DNA of 56,209 nucleotides, counting the filler, from Jimgerdemannia flammicorona (lineage: Eukaryota), in assembly GCA_003990765.1 (NCBI GenBank). It is 2 parts of 2 records of this genome, joined end to end, with 100 filler letters (N's around TTAATTAATTAA, not from the genome) between each part and the next. Parts side by side here need not be neighbours in the genome. Positions count along the whole stretch, not along the records: positions 28,159 to 56,209 come from RBNJ01000585.1; 1 more part is not named here. One strand, 5' to 3'. The position numbers and the translations under genes are program-made. The notes beneath the pieces are model-generated. The model was given only the letters and a program-made list of their open reading frames with translations, was not told where the DNA came from and did not search any database. This document shows positions 51,296-56,209 of the stretch, piece by piece (within the stretch, counting starts at the first letter, position 1; each line of letters opens with the position of its first letter).

Positions 51296-51464
51296 GCACT
51301 CACCTGGTTGCTCACTACTAGTGAGCCCAAAGGAATCTATGCCCGATGGATCATGAAGCTGCAAGCATATGATGCCATGATCACCCACCACTCTGGAAGA
51401 ACCAATGCCAATGCTGACACCCTCTTATGGACATCCTGAAGGACTCCACCCCTATGAAATCACT

Positions 51465-52657
51465 ATGAATAGGGAGCCATATTATGGAATCATCAGCTAC
51501 CTGGGGCAGCGAAAGATGTCCCCGCATCTGGAAGAATGGACAAAAACAATTATTAATCAGACATGGAAAAAATTTGAAACTGATGGAGAAATACTCAAGA
51601 AAGGATAACAATTAGTCATCCCCGAGCACCAGAAGAATCAAGTGATGAAAAAAATACATGAACAAGATCACGTAGGAGAGACAAACACATTTGACAAAGC
51701 GAGAAGAACCTTGTGGTGGCCCAGAATGGAAGAAGATATCAGACAATTTGTCAGGACCTGTGACAAATGCCAGAAATAGAAACAAGACTGATGAGATCAA
51801 GCCCCTGGATTAGCAGACATTGAACTGATACCATTTGCCCACATTACAATGGATGTAATTGGCCCCCTACCCCTGACATTGACTGGCAACCAATATGTCA
51901 TTGTAATAGTAGACCTGTTTACAAAATGGGTAGAGGCTGGGCTGCTCAAGGAAGCCAATACACAGTCAATTGCCGATTTCTTGCACAGAGAAATCATCTG
52001 CTGATTCAAGACCCCAAAGCAAGTTACCACAGACAGAGGAACAGAATTTGTCAACCAGTTTCATGAGATTCTTTACAAGAAGTACAAGATCCAATACATC
52101 AAGACCACCGCGTATCACCCACAAGGAAACAGACAAGCAGAGAGAACCAACAAGACCCTCAAGAACACCATTGCAAGATCTATGATGAATACGGAAACTG
52201 GGACCACTATCTTCCAATAGCATTATCCACTCTGCGGGACATATGATCACAAAGCACCCATTTTACACCACAAGAAATGCTATTCAGCAAAGAAAGTTCT
52301 GGTGGAAGTTTGTCAGCAAGTAATAATGCAATTTGGAAGCATGTGGACACAGAGATATGGAGATTGCACCAGATTAGGAAAAAGGCAGAGGATTACATAA
52401 TCAAGACACAGGAACTACAATGGAACAATGCGGAAAAAACCCACAAGCCCCTGGAGATTATCAAGATAGGAGATGAAGTTCTAGTATATTGGAATATGGT
52501 AGAAGCTTTGTGGTTACAAAAATTGGAGCCCAAGTGGGAAGGACCTTATCTGGTACAAGATATAAAAGGGACTACTTTCTGGCTATGAAAGCCCTCAGGC
52601 ACAATAATTCCCACCACCATTCATCAAAACTGACTCAAGAAGTACTATGGCCAATAA
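51465..52657 (+). pseudogene. integrase ORF (G1 copy 2)
   Basis: MNREPYYGIISYL start; HHCC (HEQDH...CDKC); core MDVIGPLP, VDLFTKWVEA, TDRGTEF, AERTNKTLK; PKWEGPYL. Confidence 0.9.
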
Positions 52658-53108
52658 CCGAAGCACCGCGATGGCACTCAAGATCACTAGTGCTGCCCAA
52701 AGAGCCATCAAAAGACAATGGCACACCACTGAGCCTCCGACCATAGAGGCATACTATGAGGATATTCAGAGCATTGTGCAGACTCATCTCTCTCAGATCT
52801 CGCACTTTAGAGCCTATCAATATTGGGCAGAATTCCAAGAATACTTCAAGCTTGGACAGGTGCTCAATCAGGATCCAGCAAAGACCAAAGAGGACTGGAT
52901 TGCTAAGTGTCAACTCTCCCACTCACAGATCACTATTGCCAAAAGGATCCACAAGTTATTTCGAGAAGATGAACCAGCAATAGACCACCTGAGAGGAGTA
53001 ACCCCCACTGACTTCAAGAAAGTAAGAAGATATCATTGGGAAACAGTCATGCAGCAAATTACACAATATAAGACCATACAGATGGTTGAAGCCTGGGAGT
53101 TTGAATAG
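52647..53108 (+). CDS. ORF3, intact 153-aa accessory protein of unknown function in the env position
   Basis: Uninterrupted ATG-to-TAG ORF between the IN stop and the PPT; length and sequence conserved in G1 copy 1. Confidence 0.82.
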   Translation: MANNRSTAMALKITSAAQRAIKRQWHTTEPPTIEAYYEDIQSIVQTHLSQISHFRAYQYWAEFQEYFKLGQVLNQDPAKTKEDWIAKCQLSHSQITIAKRIHKLFREDEPAIDHLRGVTPTDFKKVRRYHWETVMQQITQYKTIQMVEAWEFE

Positions 53109-55239
53109 ATGCCTCAGAGATGAGACCATCTATTCAGGAGGAAGTTGTGATGGTATAGCCGAATTAGGAAGAAGGAAATAGGGAATAGACACTTGATCAC
53201 ACCCATTCCCAAAGTAGTATAGTTTTATAGTTAGCAGTCGCCAATTTCAACATTGTCTAAATTTCTAGACATTGTCCAAATCGAACACCCTGATTTAGTA
53301 TAGCATTTTGACATTGTCTAAATGACTCATAACTTAGCTGTGTAACTCAGTAGCCATCTCATAGCTAGCAAACTTATATAAATAACCCAGTATCTTCAAG
53401 TGAATAAACCTCAGATCAAAAGTATTAGTAAAAGAACAAGTATACTGATAAAGAAACTTTCAGGATTACCTCTTAAAACACATTTGGCCTTAAGGAACTA
53501 CTGACTCTGGGAGTCAAGAAGACAAGAATTTAAGATAAAGAAATCCAATATACTTGCCCCCCTTAGCATCTGCTACATTACAATATATTAACTCCTTATT
53601 ATACTTTAGATTGATTACCATTACACCATTTAGATATATATTTACTTCTCTATCTCCTTGAGCTATTATCCAGTCTATCAAGAAGAGATTCTTACCTATA
53701 TCTAGTATATATAATATATCTATAAAGATATCTGAAGATTTATCAATATTTCTATATAGATATATACTAACATTACTCTTGTCTTAAACATAGATGATAT
53801 TATTATTGTCTAGTTTAATAGGTATAGGGTGTTCAAACTTCTTGTATATTATAACATACCTGGCTCAATAGAGATAAATTACAAGATTGGGGGTTGATGT
53901 AGTTTGGCTTGAGCTATTAGTTACTTTGTCAAAAAGTAACAAAATGTTCTAAGATTTCTGGTATCCTTGTTAGTGTTTAGTAGTATAATAGTTAATCTGA
54001 ATACAATAGTTGATTTGTGTATCAATTTTCTTATTGAGATGAGTTCTTGAGTATAGTGATAATTTGTATATAGTATGGGCATTCTCCAGTATGCAATTTG
54101 CTACATGATGATCTTTTGTATAGTATAACAATCTCTGTATAGCACAGCAGGTTCCTTATGTAGGATGGTCTGGCAATTTGGTGGTTTTCCTTATGCAATT
54201 TTGGTGGAAAACACAATTTGGTGTAGATTCTTCTGAATTGGTATACTTCTTGAATAATAAATTGAATGATGTGAATTTTTCCTAAATCAGCTCTTCTGGA
54301 AATATCAGATAACTTGATAACTTAGATAACTTAGTAATACAGATTCTTTCTGAATTAGGCTCACTGAAAATAGATAAATAACTTAAATAGTATAGATAAC
54401 TTAGATAACTTAGATGTTGTAGATTCTTCCTAAATTGATGGACTTCTGGGAAATAACTTAGATGGTACAGGTTGTGGATTCTTAGCAAGTTACATCAAAG
54501 ACTAGCTTTGTTTGTACAGGGTTATATCATAGACTGGCTCTACTGTGAAGTTATATCAGAAGACTGACTTATGGCAAGTTTTTTTAAGGTGAGCTCTCTA
54601 GAAATGACAGACTTCTTGAGCAAAGTTATATTATGACTGGCTTTATTTATATAGAGTTATATCAATAGACTGACTCTACTGTGAAGTTGTATCAACAGAT
54701 AGGCTTTAGTGACAAGATGGCAGACTTTTTCTTAAAAATGGCAGCTTATTTCTTAAGTGGCAGATTACTCAAATAGTGGTGAAGTTCTTCCTTGAACTTG
54801 GCAGATTTCTTGAATTCTTCAGGCTTATCTGGCAAATAAACCAAAAATGTAACCAACTCTTCTTTATATCAAAAAGTGGACCAGAGTGGGGAAAAGGAGA
54901 CTAATGCTCAATCTTTAGAGACTTCTTTGGTTTGTACTTCAACTTTTTAGACTGAGGTTTATTTACTCTTGTCTCTGAGGTATTTTATACATTGTAGTTG
55001 CTATCTGGTTACTATCTGGATATTTATAGATATACTATTTCTGATAATATTTGAGTATATCTACAGGATATAAATGTGTCCACAAGATATGAGTATGTCT
55101 ACAGAACATAAGTATGTCTACCAGATACAGGTGTGTCCTCAGGATATAGATAAACAATCTTGATTTGGTATTCTAACTAATTATAAATATAGCAGATATG
55201 AGTAACTATGCTATATTGGGAGTTTATATCATCTGGCTA

Positions 55240-56209
55240 TATTATACTATTTGCTCATTACATCAGTCTCTACTGAAGAATAGTCTGCCTCAGACTGTTC
55301 TTCAGTCATCATCTCAATAAGCATAAACAGCTTCTGTATCTATATCTATTCTATCATTATTATTATCTATACTATGATCACTCCATTCTAAGGGCTCCTC
55401 TTCTTCCTCAGAGAATAGGGTCTCAACTTAGTAGATGATACTGAGGTAGATGGGTAGAGTCATTCTTTAGAGATCATTCAGAAAGCCTGCTTCTTTTGCT
55501 GTCAGCCTGGTCACATTGCAACTAAATGTCCCAAGAAAACTGCCAAACCAAAGAGGATCCTGGTCCTGTCCAAAGACACTTAAGGTCAATCAGTTGAACA
55601 AGAAGTCATACTCAATTTCATATGAGTCAACTCCAAGACCCAGATCCCTCAAGCACAGTCAGAAGGAGCCATTTGTTTGGATCTTCAAGCAATACAACAA
55701 GTCACTATTCCTGCACATGAAAGAAGGCTCATTCCAACTGACCTTTCAGTCGAAATCTCCAAGGAACATTATGCAAGAATTACACCAAGATCTGGCCTCA
55801 GTTTCAAGCACTCATTGGATATTGGCGCTGGAGTCATTGACCCTGACTTCTAAGGTGAAATGCAAGTCCTGCTAGTCAACCATAAGAACTAACCATATAC
55901 TATCAATGAAGGAGACAGAATTGCACAGCTTATTCTGGAGCAAGCCACCCTACCAGTCATCAAAGAAGTCACCAAGCTGTCTTCAACCAAGCGAGATCAG
56001 AAAGGCTTAGGCAGCACTGATAAAGTTGTAAGCATAGCTGAGAACCGAGTCAATTCAATGCTCATTTTTAAAGATCTAGTCAAGGGACAAGAACTAGATG
56101 TTCTCATAGACAGTGGAGCTATTGGGAACTTCATCAATAAGAACCTCATCAACAAGCTCAAGATTCTTACCAAACTAGCCAGCAAGAATAGTGGAGTTGT
56201 TTTTTTTTT
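55240..56209 (+). pseudogene. Ty3/Gypsy fragment: gag end - dUTPase - protease start (runs off the window)
   Basis: Knuckle CFFCCQPGHIATKCP (~55488). dUTPase ~55585-56020 (PRSGLS, GAGVIDPDF*GE, GDRIAQL, RDQKGLGST). PR VLIDSGAIGNFIN (~56100). Confidence 0.88.

Larger units (their letters stand above)
49447..53582 (+). mobile_element. Ty3/Gypsy family G1, copy 2 (related subfamily), deleted for PR-dUTPase-RT and most of RH
   Basis: LTRs 49447-49902 and 53146-53582; TSD ATAT within ATATAT on both sides; PBS-like TGGTGCCCATTGG at 49906; PPT AGGAGGAAG; gag joins the RH end at ~51295. Confidence 0.93.
45310..53860 (-). mobile_element. Heavily decayed Ty1/Copia pol (PR region-IN-RT-RH) hosting two younger insertions; ends approximate
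   Basis: Copia domain order on the minus strand: PR-adjacent DILYILDIGKNLF (~53700); IN LNLIYIDICSS, YT.Q*NSVVE, SHL*IFRSETY..KFKSK; RH IVTSSI*AEY, IDI*YHFI, MIADLLTKAL (~45360). Confidence 0.8.

Noticed and set aside
52647..53108. Calling ORF3 an envelope gene
   Set aside because: Only 153 aa, with no signal peptide, transmembrane segment or furin/fusion motif visible.
53860..55240. Decayed segment with GATAACTTA tandem units (~54310-54410) and a ~33-bp direct repeat (~54527, ~54661)
   Set aside because: CpG-free, TE-like DNA, but no termini, TSD or domain could be assigned.

Overview
Eukaryotic genomic DNA, very probably fungal. The HxDLHxGN kinase-LRR gene and the intron style suggest an early-diverging Mucoromycota-type fungus (inference). 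About 80% of the window is nested, C>T/G>A-decayed transposons around two CpG-normal gene islands. Island 1 (~16.6-22.6 kb) holds tRNA-Pro(CGG) and a 3-exon SAM methyltransferase. Island 2 (~25.3-28.0 kb) holds a kinase gene with tandemly duplicated exons and one-LRR-per-exon modules, cut off by an assembly gap. Elements resolved, many with target-site duplications (TSDs): two copies of Ty3/Gypsy family G1 (511-9861, 49447-53582); a chromovirus-like family G2 with 1.6-2.1 kb LTRs (one internally deleted element, three solo LTRs and several fragments); an L1/Tx1-like LINE; a Ty1/Copia remnant; four copies of a fixed-length ~1.18 kb poly(A) retroposon; a MULE-like MITE; a hAT-like MITE. Most notable: (1) an uncharacterised protein appears to be shared by the two Gypsy families, sitting in the env position in G1 and inside the LTR U3 in G2, where it survives in solo LTRs and alternates with a second U3 cassette; (2) G1 encodes integrase and ORF3 as separate ORFs joined by overlapping start/stop codons; (3) dUTPase occupies two different positions in the two families; (4) repeats show RIP-like hypermutation. 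All alignments were made by eye and no database searches were run.
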